Of a DNA stretch of 32,000 bases, positions 1-9,119 are shown piece by piece. Origin of the DNA: Thermofilum pendens Hrk 5 (GTDB lineage: Archaea; Thermoproteota; Thermoprotei; Thermofilales; Thermofilaceae); assembly GCF_000015225.1 (NCBI RefSeq), contig NC_008698.1, positions 1,140,001 through 1,172,000 of the forward strand. Reading direction: 5' to 3'. The position numbers and the translations under genes are program-made. Every line of letters starts with the position of its first letter. Position 1 is the first letter of the stretch. Under the pieces are notes generated by a model, which was given only the letters and a program-made list of their open reading frames with translations, did not search any database and was not told the DNA's origin.

Positions 1-387
1 GAACCCCCTTTCCCCGGCGAAGCCCTTAAGCCTCGCGACAGTGTCTCCGTAGGGGGAATCCGCCTTCGCCGCCACCAAGCACTTTCTCTCCGCGTTCTCG
101 ACGACTACGAGCGCCTTTGGTTCGAGGGCCCTCTGGAACGGCTGGCTGGCATCGGCGACTAGGACTCCGACGCTAATCCTCCACCTCCCGGCGATCGTCG
201 AGACCACGTCTAGGGACTCGTGCCTACCTGCAACCTCCCGCACCACGACCCCTCCGCTCAGGGGGTAGTCCCTGTAGTAGGACGGCTCGTCGAACCTTAC
301 GTCGAGCTCCGGGAAGAGAGCCTTTATAAGGGAGGACTTGCCCGAGCCCTTCGCGCCTGCGAAGACTACGAGCTTGTAGAGCGACAT
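1..387 (-). CDS. P-loop NTPase, small-GTPase-like (N-terminal 129 codons; gene runs off the left edge)
   Basis: Absent from the ORF track because there is no stop inside the window. My reverse-complement translation from ATG (387-385) reads MSLYKLVVFAGAKGSGKSSLIKALFPELDV...GVLVADASQPF...LVAAKADSPYG... with no stop to position 1. Walker A is GAKGSGKS; AKAD may be a G4-like xKxD. A TATA-like element (minus sense aaatacataaagg, plus 411-425) lies about 30 nt upstream. Confidence 0.6.
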   Translation of the reverse strand, partial: MSLYKLVVFAGAKGSGKSSLIKALFPELDVRFDEPSYYRDYPLSGGVVVREVAGRHESLDVVSTIAGRWRISVGVLVADASQPFQRALEPKALVVVENAERKCLVAAKADSPYGDTVARLKGFAGERGF

Positions 388-432
388 CTACGCTCAGTGA
401 ACGTAAACCCGTACACCTTTATGTATTTCGCA

Positions 433-446
433 TGCTAATATATTAG
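433..446. promoter_or_regulatory. Palindromic TATA-like element (gctaatatattagg) in a divergent intergenic region
   Basis: A/T-rich box centred about 30 nt upstream of GTG 472 and about 40 nt upstream of ATG 481. The spacer 388-471 separates divergent genes. Confidence 0.35.
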
Positions 447-471
447 GTCCACTTGCGCGTAAGTAGCGCCG

Positions 472-1692
472 GTGAAAAGCATGAAGATAGTTGTTGTCGG
501 TTGCGGGGCTGTCGGCTCCCTCGTGGCTAGGCTCGCGGCCAAGTGGAAGGTTGCGGACGAGGTTCTGTGCTTGGACAAGGACGTGGAGAGGGCTAAGAGG
601 TACCTCGACTACCCGGAGCCGCTAGGCATACCGGTGGAGAGGGCGGACGCCCTCGCCGCCGAGGAGCTAAAGGCGAAGGTAGCGGGCTACGACTTCTTGG
701 TGAACTCTCTCCCGACGTTCGTAAAGGTCGACAAGGCTGAAAGGTTGCTCAACCCGCAGCTAATGAGCGTCGCGCTGAAAGCGGGGCTCAACTACGCGGA
801 CCTCGCCTGCTACGGGGGGAAGAGGAGGAGGGCCGAGCAGCTCTCCTTCTCCAAGGCGTTCAGCGAGGCGGGCCTTCTCGCCCTCATAAACATGGGGGCC
901 TCCCCCGGCCTTTCCAACATACTCGCGAGGGAGGTCTACGAGGATCTCGACTCGGCGGAGTCTCTCTACGTGATGTCCCTCGAGGACCAGAGGGGGAGCT
1001 CGTTCGTGATTCCGTGGTCGAGGGAGGAGATGCTCAACGTTGCTTCGCCTGAGCTGTGTTTCCGCGGCAGGAAGTACTCCCTCAGGGAGCCCTTCTCCGA
1101 GAGCGCGCTCTGCAACTTCCCGGAGCCCATAGGCCCCGTTAGGTGCTACTCCGTCTCTAATGACGAAGCCTACACGATCCCGGCTTTCCTGAGGATCTCG
1201 AACTTCTACTACCTGGCCGGCGGGAGCGACATAGAAGTCCTGAGGGCTCTGTACAGGCTCGGCATACTGAGCGACGTGCCCGTGAAGCTACGCAAGGCGA
1301 CGGTAACCCCCAGGGAGCTACTCTACCACATCCTGCCCCCGACCCCCTCCCCCGAGTACATAGTCAGGGTGGTAAAGGAGGGGGACCTCGAGGACGCCTA
1401 CTTCGCGCTACAGGTGTACGCCGAGGGCGAGGTTAGAGGCGAGAGGGCGGTCTCGAAGAGGTACCTCGTCTTCCCATCGCAGAGAAGGGTAAACGAGCTG
1501 ATGCCGGGGGCTACCTACATCACGTACCCCACGGCTCTGAGCCTCCTAGCCGTGCTCAGCGCGGTTAAGGGGAGAAGGCTTAGGGGGGTCGTACCCGGTG
1601 AAGCCCTACCCGGGCCCATTAGGCGCGCGGTACTGGACTACCTGAGGGTTCAGGGGATAACTGTAGGCGAGGAGTTCAGGACCGTTGCCTAG
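472..1692 (+). CDS. Saccharopine dehydrogenase-family NAD(P)-binding oxidoreductase
   Basis: 406-aa ORF. N-terminal Rossmann motif MKIVVVGCGAVGSLVA, and length and layout typical of the Sacchrp_dh N- and C-terminal domains. The start could be GTG 472 or ATG 481. Confidence 0.72.
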   Translation: MKSMKIVVVGCGAVGSLVARLAAKWKVADEVLCLDKDVERAKRYLDYPEPLGIPVERADALAAEELKAKVAGYDFLVNSLPTFVKVDKAERLLNPQLMSVALKAGLNYADLACYGGKRRRAEQLSFSKAFSEAGLLALINMGASPGLSNILAREVYEDLDSAESLYVMSLEDQRGSSFVIPWSREEMLNVASPELCFRGRKYSLREPFSESALCNFPEPIGPVRCYSVSNDEAYTIPAFLRISNFYYLAGGSDIEVLRALYRLGILSDVPVKLRKATVTPRELLYHILPPTPSPEYIVRVVKEGDLEDAYFALQVYAEGEVRGERAVSKRYLVFPSQRRVNELMPGATYITYPTALSLLAVLSAVKGRRLRGVVPGEALPGPIRRAVLDYLRVQGITVGEEFRTVA

Positions 1693-1700
1693 CGGGGCGC

Positions 1701-3098
1701 CTACGGGATCTGGAGGTAGACAGCCGCGAAGCCCAGGGCGAGGGTTGCCGCCGTAACCGGTAGCCCGACTCTCAGCCACTCCTTGAACCCGGCGGACCTG
1801 CCCAGCCTTTTCTCCAGGACGCTGAGCGCCACTATGTTCGCAGTGCTACCTATCGGTGAAAGGTTCCCGGCGTAGACGGCCGAGAATAGCGTCAGCCACC
1901 AGAACGGCTCTGTGTGGAACCCCTGGGCGCCTAGCTCGTGTACAACCCGGGATAGAATCGCGACGGCGATCACGTTGTCCATGAAGGCGCTCATAAGGGA
2001 GGAAGAAAGCGTGAACGCTCCCATGAAGGCGCCTACCCCCGACGCGGACAGAGAGCCTAGACTCTTCGACAGAACCTCTACGACGCCCGTTTTCTCCAAG
2101 GCTCCGACCGATGCGAAGAGCAACAAGAAGAATACGAGGGTAGGCCACTCCACCTTAGTTTCCAGCGCGTGAAACCCCCTCGAAGGGTCTAGCAACATTA
2201 TGAGCCCAGCCACCATCAGTGGGGCTGCTAGGAGGAGGGAGTTCTTCGGCAAGCCGAGAGCCTCCTCTAAAACGTGGTGCGCGGCTATGAAGAGTATCGT
2301 AGCGGAGAACACGGACGCGTCCCTGTAGAGGGTTCTCCTTTCCAGGGATGCCACGCTCCACCCATCGGTAAACCTCTGCGAGGCGAGGGCGTTTCCCTCC
2401 TCGATGTACCCCCTAAACAAATGCATGAGTATAGCCGCCGCTACCACCAGGGACAGCGCGGAGACGGGCGCGGCCCGCGCCAGGAAGTCCGAGAAGGTCA
2501 GCCCGGACTCGAACGCCACGAGAACGCCCACAGGGTTCCCGAGCGGGGTCATAGCGCTACCTATGTTCGTCGCGAAGATGGAGGCAATGACTAGCGGTAG
2601 GGGGTCGACGCCTATCTTTCCGCTCAGCGGGAGCACTACGGACAGCATAACGAGTATCGAGGTAACCTCGTCGACCAGCGGGGCCAGGAAGCCGGACAGG
2701 AAGACTACCACCAGGAACGTTGCCCTGAAGTTTACACCGACCCTCCTCACGATCTCCTGGGCGATGAACTCGAAGAACCTGTCCTCCTCCAGGTAGCCCA
2801 CGATAGTCATCATCGCTATCAGGAAGGCTATCACGTCCAGGTGCGAGTGCTCGACAAAGTACTCTACATCGAGCACGCCGAGCAGGAAGAGGGCGGAGAC
2901 CCCCAGGAACGCGAAGGGGAGCCTGTAGGTCCAGAGTAGCAGGGTCGCGTATATCGTCATCAGGAAGGCTGTCAGGGCGAGCACTTGCTGGGCCTCCAAC
3001 CCGAGGAGCGAGGACGCGAGAGCGGTGACCAGACCGGCTACCAGCACTAGGAGAACCCTGAAGGCGTACTGCTGGGAGGCCGCGCGCTCCACGACCAT
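1701..3098 (-). CDS. Polytopic anion/cation permease of the ArsB/NhaD/CitMHS (IT) superfamily
   Basis: 465-aa highly hydrophobic ORF with at least 10 predicted TM stretches. Motifs such as ATNIGSAMTPLGNPVGVLVA and GNLSPIGSTANIVAL resemble the repeated hairpin motifs of ArsB/NhaD-type permeases. Confidence 0.72.
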   Translation of the reverse strand: MVVERAASQQYAFRVLLVLVAGLVTALASSLLGLEAQQVLALTAFLMTIYATLLLWTYRLPFAFLGVSALFLLGVLDVEYFVEHSHLDVIAFLIAMMTIVGYLEEDRFFEFIAQEIVRRVGVNFRATFLVVVFLSGFLAPLVDEVTSILVMLSVVLPLSGKIGVDPLPLVIASIFATNIGSAMTPLGNPVGVLVAFESGLTFSDFLARAAPVSALSLVVAAAILMHLFRGYIEEGNALASQRFTDGWSVASLERRTLYRDASVFSATILFIAAHHVLEEALGLPKNSLLLAAPLMVAGLIMLLDPSRGFHALETKVEWPTLVFFLLLFASVGALEKTGVVEVLSKSLGSLSASGVGAFMGAFTLSSSLMSAFMDNVIAVAILSRVVHELGAQGFHTEPFWWLTLFSAVYAGNLSPIGSTANIVALSVLEKRLGRSAGFKEWLRVGLPVTAATLALGFAAVYLQIP

Positions 3099-3576
3099 GA
3101 AGCTTCAACGGCAAAGAACGGAAAAACATAAGAGTTTTCCCACGAAGTACTCCAGAGGTGTACGCCGCGTGTCCAGCGATGCACAAAAATGGGTTCAGAC
3201 GGCGGCGAACTTCGCCCGGGTAGGGGAGCTGTCGGTGAGGATAGGCATCCTCGTAGCCGTGGTCTACGGTATCTTCTGGGCAATCAAGCTGTTCTTCGAG
3301 TACATCCACGGGCTACAGTTCCTGAGCAGGCCCTTCGTCGAGTACATGGCGTTCTCCGCAGTCTCCTTCGCCGTAGCCGCGCTCACGTCCTACGCGAACG
3401 AGCGTTACTCGGAGAAGGGCAACTTCCGCATGGCGGGACTCACCGCGCTGGTAGCGGCGTCAGTGCTACTTATCCCGGCGACCGTGGCAGGCGTGCTACT
3501 GCTCCTAGGCGGCCTGGCGCTCTACATTAGCGCCGAGATAGTCAACGTCGCGAAGATAGAGTTCAAGAAAGCCTAG
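3097..3576 (+). CDS. Small integral membrane protein, unknown function
   Basis: Frame of ORF 3025-3576. The 5' 72 nt overlap the divergent permease, so I start at ATG 3097. In-frame GTGs at 3169 and 3235 lie downstream of a TATA-like aaaaacataagag (about 3121-3133) and are equally plausible. Three or four hydrophobic helices. Confidence 0.5.
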   Translation: MKLQRQRTEKHKSFPTKYSRGVRRVSSDAQKWVQTAANFARVGELSVRIGILVAVVYGIFWAIKLFFEYIHGLQFLSRPFVEYMAFSAVSFAVAALTSYANERYSEKGNFRMAGLTALVAASVLLIPATVAGVLLLLGGLALYISAEIVNVAKIEFKKA

Positions 3577-3664
3577 CGCGAGCCGGGGGCTCAGGCGGAA
3601 ACTTAGCCCCGAATCCCCGCCCTAGCGAGGAATCTCTCCGGGTCACTCGCGCGCGTGCGCGAGC

Positions 3665-3675
3665 AAAGTATAAAT
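3665..3675 (+). promoter_or_regulatory. TATA box of the suf operon (aaagtataaat)
   Basis: A/T-rich box about 30 nt upstream of ATG 3704, immediately preceded by a GC-rich near-palindrome at 3646-3663. Confidence 0.45.
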
Positions 3676-3703
3676 GCCCCCGCTGGGCTTATGACGGCGG
3701 GAT

Positions 3704-4429
3704 ATGATGAGCGGACTGGAGGTACGCGGCTTAAGGGTGTCGGTTAACGGGAAGCTTGTACTCAGGGGAGTCGACCTAGAGGTCCCTCCGGGGGTTATCG
3801 TAGGCCTCATAGGCCCCAATGGTAGCGGTAAAACCTCCCTGGCTTACTCCATAATGGGCCACCCGCTCTACAGGGTCGAGGAAGGAGAGATAACGCTGGA
3901 CGGGGAGGTTATCAACCACTTGAAGACTGAGGAGAGGGCTTCCAGGGGGTTATTCCTCGTCTTCCAGTCTCCCCCGGAGATAGGGGGGTTGCCGGTCTCG
4001 GTATTCCTGAGGGAGGTCCTCGCGCGCAGAGGAGTAGAGGTAGGCGAAGAGGCTCTCTCCATGTACATGCGGGAGGTGGGCCTCGGCGAGGAGTACCTGT
4101 CGCGCTACGTCCACGAGGGCTTCTCCGGAGGCGAGAAGAGGAGGTTCGAGTTCCTGCAAGCACTACTCTTCAAGCCTAAAATACTCATAGTCGACGAGCT
4201 GGACTCGGGGCTAGACCTCGAGGGTGTGAAGAGCCTCACTGGGAAAGTCAGAGAGCTCGCAGAGAGCGGTGCAGGAGTCCTCTACATTTCCCACAACCCC
4301 CTGGCTCTCCGCACCCTGAGGCCCCACAGGATAGTGGTGCTCGTCGACGGCAAGGTGCGCGCCGCCGGAGGGCTAGAGCTCCTGGACGAAGTGGAGGAAA
4401 AGGGCTACCAGGTGGTTCTGGGTGAGTAA
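3704..4429 (+). CDS. sufC: Fe-S cluster assembly ATPase SufC
   Basis: 241 aa. GPNGSGKTSLAYSIMGHPLYRVEEGEITLDGE is the typical SufC N-terminus. ABC signature FSGGEKRRFE, Walker B LIVDELDSGLD. Followed by sufB and sufD. Confidence 0.92.
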   Translation: MMSGLEVRGLRVSVNGKLVLRGVDLEVPPGVIVGLIGPNGSGKTSLAYSIMGHPLYRVEEGEITLDGEVINHLKTEERASRGLFLVFQSPPEIGGLPVSVFLREVLARRGVEVGEEALSMYMREVGLGEEYLSRYVHEGFSGGEKRRFEFLQALLFKPKILIVDELDSGLDLEGVKSLTGKVRELAESGAGVLYISHNPLALRTLRPHRIVVLVDGKVRAAGGLELLDEVEEKGYQVVLGE

Positions 4430-5834
4430 GACCAGCCTGCTGGAGAGCCTCAGCCTCGGCGAGGTAAGCCTGGACGCGTTGAGGCTTAAGCCTAGGATCA
4501 CGCTTAAAGGTAGGATCTCGCGTAGCCTCGTGGAGGAGATCTCGCGCTCGAAAGGAGAGCCCGAGTGGATGCTGAGGCTACGCTTGCGGAGCCTAGAGCT
4601 CTTCGAGAAGCTCCCGGAGCCGAACTGGCTCGTCGGCGTCGACGAGCTAGACCTCGAGGAGCTCGCCCACTACGTGCACCCGGACGTCGAGAGGGTGTCT
4701 CGCTGGGAGGACTTGCCGGAGGACGTCAGGAAGGTGTACGAGAGGCTCGGGTTGCCGGAGATAGAGAGGCGCGTGCTCTCAGGGCTCGCAGCACAGCTGG
4801 AGAGCGAGAACGTATACCTGGCCTTCAAGAAGTTCCTGGAGAAGCAGGGGGTAATACTGATGGATATGAGCGAGGCGGTCCAGAGGTACCCCGACCTCGT
4901 GAAGAAGTACTTCATGAGGGTCTTCCCGCCGAGCGACCACAAGTTTGCCGCGTTGCACGGCGCCCTCTGGAGCGGGGGAGTCTTCCTCTACGTCCCGCCA
5001 AACGTAAGGATAGAGGCACCGATAGAGGCGTTCTTCTTCATAGCCAGCGAGCTGGAGAGCCAGATGGAGCACACGATAGTAGTAGCCGACGAGGGGAGCT
5101 TCGTACACTTCATCGAGGGTTGCGCGGCGCCCATGTTCAAGAAGTACAGCTTCCACAACGGAATGGTAGAGGTCTACGCCCACAAGGGTTCACACGTGAA
5201 GTTCACGACTGCCCAGAACTGGAGCAAGAACCTCGTGAACTTCAACAACAAGAGGGCTCTCGTCGAGGAGGGGGCGGTCGTCGAGTGGGTGGAGGGTAGC
5301 ATTGGGAGCAAGGTGAGCTACGTCTACCCCTCGGCGATCCTCAGAGGCGCGAATGCGCGCGTATCGATAACGAACATAACCCTCGCGAAGGGACCCGTGT
5401 GGAAGGACGGAGGGGCAAAGGTGTACCACTTGGCGCCCTCCACGAGTAGCGAGGTGGTAAGCAAGAGTATAAGCGCGGACGGGGGCACAGCTGTCTACAG
5501 GGGCCTAGTGAAGGTCGCGAGGGGCGCCCGGGGCTCCACGGCGGCGGTCAAGTGCGACAGCCTCATACTCGACAAGAAGTCCAAGGCCCTCACCTACCCG
5601 AGGAACGAGGTCGACGAGGAGGACTCCACCGTGGTCCACGAGGCGACGACCGGGAGGCTAAGCGAGGAGGCTCTCTTCTACCTGAAGACCAGGGGTCTCA
5701 GCGAGTCCGAAGCCAGGAGGCTCGTAGTACTGGGCTACGTCGGGGACGTGCTCGGGAAGCTCCCCTTCGAGTACCAGGTGGTATTCCGGAGAGTACTCGA
5801 GCTAGAATTCGAGGAAATAGGTGGCTACGCGTGA
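4422..5834 (+). CDS. sufB: Fe-S cluster assembly scaffold SufB
   Basis: 470 aa. GTG start overlaps the sufC stop by 8 nt. Conserved SufB blocks include FIEGCAAP, AQNWSKNLVNFNNKRA and LFYLKTRGLSESEARRLVV. Confidence 0.92.
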   Translation: MSKTSLLESLSLGEVSLDALRLKPRITLKGRISRSLVEEISRSKGEPEWMLRLRLRSLELFEKLPEPNWLVGVDELDLEELAHYVHPDVERVSRWEDLPEDVRKVYERLGLPEIERRVLSGLAAQLESENVYLAFKKFLEKQGVILMDMSEAVQRYPDLVKKYFMRVFPPSDHKFAALHGALWSGGVFLYVPPNVRIEAPIEAFFFIASELESQMEHTIVVADEGSFVHFIEGCAAPMFKKYSFHNGMVEVYAHKGSHVKFTTAQNWSKNLVNFNNKRALVEEGAVVEWVEGSIGSKVSYVYPSAILRGANARVSITNITLAKGPVWKDGGAKVYHLAPSTSSEVVSKSISADGGTAVYRGLVKVARGARGSTAAVKCDSLILDKKSKALTYPRNEVDEEDSTVVHEATTGRLSEEALFYLKTRGLSESEARRLVVLGYVGDVLGKLPFEYQVVFRRVLELEFEEIGGYA

Positions 5835-6925
5835 AGGTAGCCTACGAGAACCTCCCGTACCAGCACGTGGCCGACTCGCCCGCGACGAAGCACTACGCTA
5901 ACTGGGAGGTCTTCGAGGAGTACGTGGCCAGGCGGGAAAGGGCGTCCAGGCTCGGCGTCGACGCGGGGCTCCTGGTGCTCCGGCCAGACGTAACCCTGTC
6001 CCCAGGCACCGTGGGCGTGGAGGACGAGCCCTCCTGGCCCCTACCCGTGGACACGAAGCTACCGGCGTTCCACTTCTCGAACCTCGCCTCCTCGCTGAGC
6101 CTAGAACTCTCCGGCGAGAAGCTCGTCGTGGCAGTAGAGAAGCCCCTCGAAGGCTTCTACTCGGCACACCTGAACGTGAGGCTCCGGGGCTCCTCCTCGC
6201 TTATCCTCGTCTCCCTGGCGCCCCCAGAGGCGGCGGGGCTCTCGACGCTATCTCTGAACGTCTCCGTCGAGGAGGGCTCCAGGTCGCGTCTCGAGGTAAT
6301 ACTGTTCGACTCGGGAAGCTCGGCGACCGCGTTGATGGCCGTGGCCCGGCTAGGGGAAGGCTCGGCGCTCCAGGAATCGGTAGTCGCCGTGTCGGGCAGA
6401 GCCCTCTACGCGGACCTAAAGGCCTCGCTTAGAGGAGGAGGCTCGTCGCTGGACAGTTCGATACTCGCCGTGTCCCCGCGGGAGGCTCACGCAAGCCTCA
6501 ACACGGATGTAGCGGTAGAGTCGCCGCGCTCATCCGCCCTCATCAGGCTCGTAGGAGCCTCGGCGGACGGCTTCCTGGCGCACAAGGGGGCAGTGAAGAT
6601 AGTCAGAGGCTCCGTGAACGCCCGGGGAAGGCTCTCATCGAGGCTAATACCCCTCACCCCCTCCTCCAAGGTCTACGCCTCCCCCACCCTCGAGATAGAG
6701 TCTGACGACGCGGAAGAAGCCCAGCACTCGGCGTCCCAAAGCCCGGTAGACCCCCAGAGGATATTCTACCTCAGGAGCAGGGGCTTCACGGAGCAAGAGG
6801 CGCTCCGCCTCGCCCTGAAGGCAGAGGCCTTCAAGGCGTTCGAGGGAAGAAGCCCGAATGGCTACGTGCTGTTCTACATCGAGGAAGCCCTGAAGGCCGC
6901 GTTGCGAAGCGTCTCGGCTGGCTAG
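5831..6925 (+). CDS. sufD: Fe-S cluster assembly protein SufD (short, divergent)
   Basis: The in-frame GTG at 5831 forms a GTGA overlap with the sufB stop. The track ORF 5552-6925 has an R/G-rich N-terminal extension that lies inside sufB, and I discard it. The C-terminal block IFYLRSRGFTEQEALRLAL is typical of SufD. Confidence 0.8.
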   Translation: MKVAYENLPYQHVADSPATKHYANWEVFEEYVARRERASRLGVDAGLLVLRPDVTLSPGTVGVEDEPSWPLPVDTKLPAFHFSNLASSLSLELSGEKLVVAVEKPLEGFYSAHLNVRLRGSSSLILVSLAPPEAAGLSTLSLNVSVEEGSRSRLEVILFDSGSSATALMAVARLGEGSALQESVVAVSGRALYADLKASLRGGGSSLDSSILAVSPREAHASLNTDVAVESPRSSALIRLVGASADGFLAHKGAVKIVRGSVNARGRLSSRLIPLTPSSKVYASPTLEIESDDAEEAQHSASQSPVDPQRIFYLRSRGFTEQEALRLALKAEAFKAFEGRSPNGYVLFYIEEALKAALRSVSAG

Positions 6926-7000
6926 CGAACTAAAAAACTTTGAATCGAAGGGAGGCCGTAAGGGTCTATGCTTTTAAGCATTTTCCGCAAGGTTAATAGG

Positions 7001-7012
7001 AGTTATAATTTC
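7001..7012 (+). promoter_or_regulatory. TATA-like box (agttataatttc) for the sugar ABC operon
   Basis: Centred about 25 nt upstream of ATG 7031, which argues against the longer ORF start at 6968. Confidence 0.4.
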
Positions 7013-7030
7013 CAAGGGTTAACGATAAAA

Positions 7031-8098
7031 ATGTCCCAGCAGAAAACCGGCCCAGCCGGCAAGACCCTGGCTGTAGCGGTCGTGATAGGCCTTCTCATCG
7101 GCGCAGTAATCGGCTACGGGATCGCCGCGGCAACCATGGTTCCCTACTCCAAGTACGCCGAGCTCGAAAAGAAGCTCGAACAGCTACAAGCCGGCGCCGC
7201 CGCCCCGGAGTACACGTTCTACTACGTCTCCCACGGAGGCCCCGCTGACCCGTGGTGGGCCCCAGTAATCAAGGGATCCCAGGACGCGGCGAGGCTCCTC
7301 AACGTGAAGGTCGTGTACAGCGGGCCCGAGAAGTTCAGCATACAGGCCCTGGTCGACCTGCTGAACAGTGCTATCGCGGCTAAGCCTCAGGGCATTATAC
7401 TCACGATCACGGACTACAAGGCGCTCGACGAGCCGGCGAGGAGGGCTATCGCGCAGGGAATACCCATAATTGCCGTCAACGTCCCTGACCCCAGGCCGCC
7501 GAACGAGAGGATACCCTACCTTAGCTACGTCGGGCAGAACGAGTACGACGCTGGCTACTACCTAGCCAAGTACCTTGTAGACAAGGGCTACAAGCCGAAG
7601 CGCGTAGTGATAGGGATACACGAGGTAGGGCACATAGGTCTCGAGACAAGGGCGAAGGGGATAACCGACGCGATCACCCAGGCGTACCCGGGGACACCCG
7701 TCGAGAAGCTCGACATAACGACGGACCCGACGAAGGCCGCGGAGGTCTTTAAGAGCTACCTAACCGCGCACCCGGACACCGACGTCATATTCACGCTCGG
7801 ACCCCTCGGGGCCCACCCGGCGCTCCAGGTTCTCCGCGAGATGAAGCTAACGGGCAAGGTCCACCTCCTAACCGTCGATATCGACAACGTGATACTTAAA
7901 GCCATAGAGGCTGGAGAGCTCGACGCGGCTGTAAGCCAGCAGCCCTACGCGCAGGGCTTCCTGCCCGTAGTCTTCATGTACCTCTACGTGAAGTACGGGA
8001 TAATCCCGCCGCCCCAGGTGCCGACAGGGCCCACCGTTATCGACAAGGCGAAGCTGGAGACCGTGAAGAAGCAGATAGCGACGACAGGGGGAGCCTAA
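7031..8098 (+). CDS. Sugar ABC transporter substrate-binding protein (CUT2 / Peripla_BP_4-like), membrane-anchored
   Basis: N-terminal TM anchor KTLAVAVVIGLLIGAVIGYGIAAA, followed by a periplasmic-binding-protein type I pattern (FYYVSHGGPADPWWAPVIKG...GIILTITD...IPIIAVNVPD). Start moved to ATG 7031 because of the promoter position. Confidence 0.85.
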   Translation: MSQQKTGPAGKTLAVAVVIGLLIGAVIGYGIAAATMVPYSKYAELEKKLEQLQAGAAAPEYTFYYVSHGGPADPWWAPVIKGSQDAARLLNVKVVYSGPEKFSIQALVDLLNSAIAAKPQGIILTITDYKALDEPARRAIAQGIPIIAVNVPDPRPPNERIPYLSYVGQNEYDAGYYLAKYLVDKGYKPKRVVIGIHEVGHIGLETRAKGITDAITQAYPGTPVEKLDITTDPTKAAEVFKSYLTAHPDTDVIFTLGPLGAHPALQVLREMKLTGKVHLLTVDIDNVILKAIEAGELDAAVSQQPYAQGFLPVVFMYLYVKYGIIPPPQVPTGPTVIDKAKLETVKKQIATTGGA

Positions 8099-8101
8099 AA
8101 A

Positions 8102-8116
8102 TTTGTTTTTCTTTTT
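8102..8116 (+). terminator. T-rich tract (tttgtttttcttttt) after the binding-protein gene; possible partial intra-operon terminator
   Basis: An oligo-T run directly follows the stop at 8096-8098. Archaeal termination is oligo-T driven. Such a site would let the binding protein be expressed above the permease and ATPase. Confidence 0.35.
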
Positions 8117-8132
8117 CCCCTGGTGACCGGGT

Positions 8133-9119
8133 ATGGCTACACGGGCAGAGGGTCTGCGTAAAGCCGGTTTCCTGGCGCAACACCCGGAGATAGGGGTTGT
8201 CTCGAGCTTTTTCTCGATAGCCGCTGTTTTCCTCGTGCTCGTCCCGGACAAGTTCCTAACGCTACCTACGTTCTACAGCATACTCACGCTCGCAGGCGAG
8301 CTCGGCGTCGTGAGCCTCGGGGTAGCGTTCCTCATGATCACCGGGGAGTTCAACCTGTCCGTGAGCTCCGTCTACGCCCTCGTGCCCATGGGGGTAGCCA
8401 TCATGGCGAACATGGGTGTAGACATGTTGCTAGCATCCGTGGTTATGCTCGCGCTCGCGTACGGGATAGGGGTACTCGTCGGCTACGTGACCATAAAGAC
8501 AGGGATACCGAGCTTCATAACGTCGCTCGGCATGATGATGTTCCTGCGCGGCATACTGCTAGCAATCACGGGCGGCTTCCCCGTCAGGCTCGAGCACGAC
8601 CACTGGCTCATGTACGCCCTCAACGGCCCAGTCGGGGAGCAGGGGCTCAGGACGAGCGCCGCGTGGCTCGTAGCACTCACCGCGCTGCTAGCGTTCATCC
8701 TCGACTGGACCCCCTACGGCAACTGGACGTACGCCGTGGGGGCGAGCCCGAACACGGCTAGGGAGCTGGGAGTCTCCGTCACGAAGGTCAAGCTCCTGAA
8801 CTTCGGCCTCTCGTCCCTGCTAGCGGGGCTCGCGGGGCTAATGGCGCTGAGCAGGTTCAAGGTCGTAGACCCCACGCTGGGGCAAGGCCTGGAGCTGGAA
8901 GCCATAACGTCCGCGGTACTCGGGGGGTGCCTGCTCACCGGGGGTTACGGCAGCATAACGGGGACCTTCCTCGGAGCCTTCCTCATAGCCATGACGCGCG
9001 TCGGGCTCGTCCTCGCGAAGGCGCCCGCCTACTGGTACAGCGCGTTCATAGGAGTGATACTGATAGTAGCCACCGTGATAAACATATTCGTGGTGAGGAA
9101 GTACGTAGCCGGTGGGTGA
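8133..9119 (+). CDS. Sugar ABC transporter permease (RbsC/BPD_transp_2-like)
   Basis: 328 aa, about 9-10 TM helices. LMITGEFNLSVSSVYAL corresponds to the GGIDLSVG block of CUT2 permeases. Confidence 0.87.
   Translation: MATRAEGLRKAGFLAQHPEIGVVSSFFSIAAVFLVLVPDKFLTLPTFYSILTLAGELGVVSLGVAFLMITGEFNLSVSSVYALVPMGVAIMANMGVDMLLASVVMLALAYGIGVLVGYVTIKTGIPSFITSLGMMMFLRGILLAITGGFPVRLEHDHWLMYALNGPVGEQGLRTSAAWLVALTALLAFILDWTPYGNWTYAVGASPNTARELGVSVTKVKLLNFGLSSLLAGLAGLMALSRFKVVDPTLGQGLELEAITSAVLGGCLLTGGYGSITGTFLGAFLIAMTRVGLVLAKAPAYWYSAFIGVILIVATVINIFVVRKYVAGG

Noticed and set aside
220-438. 72-aa plus-strand ORF in the track
   Set aside because: It lies antisense to a much better supported P-loop NTPase gene (1-387, minus) with a Walker A motif and a clean ATG. 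It has no promoter logic of its own.
2557-3309. 250-aa minus-strand ORF and other long alternative-frame ORFs inside the permease gene (for example 2404-2796, 2274-2594)
   Set aside because: The translations are R/P/G-rich and low in complexity, and they overlap a coherent polytopic membrane protein. This is the expected stop-codon-poor alternative-frame artefact of high-GC DNA.
3577-3645. tRNA- or sRNA-like hairpin (ggggct...agcccc) downstream of the small membrane gene
   Set aside because: Only one 6-bp stem with a 14-nt loop is present. There is no cloverleaf, no T-arm GTTCRAATC-like sequence and no promoter.
4565-5299. 244-aa plus-strand ORF inside sufB
   Set aside because: It is an alternative frame of a gene with unmistakable SufB motifs, and its composition is Arg/Gly/Pro-rich nonsense.
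5552-5830. N-terminal 93-codon extension of the SufD ORF
   Set aside because: It lies wholly inside sufB in another frame and is R/G-rich. The GTG at 5831 gives a classic GTGA coupling to the sufB stop.
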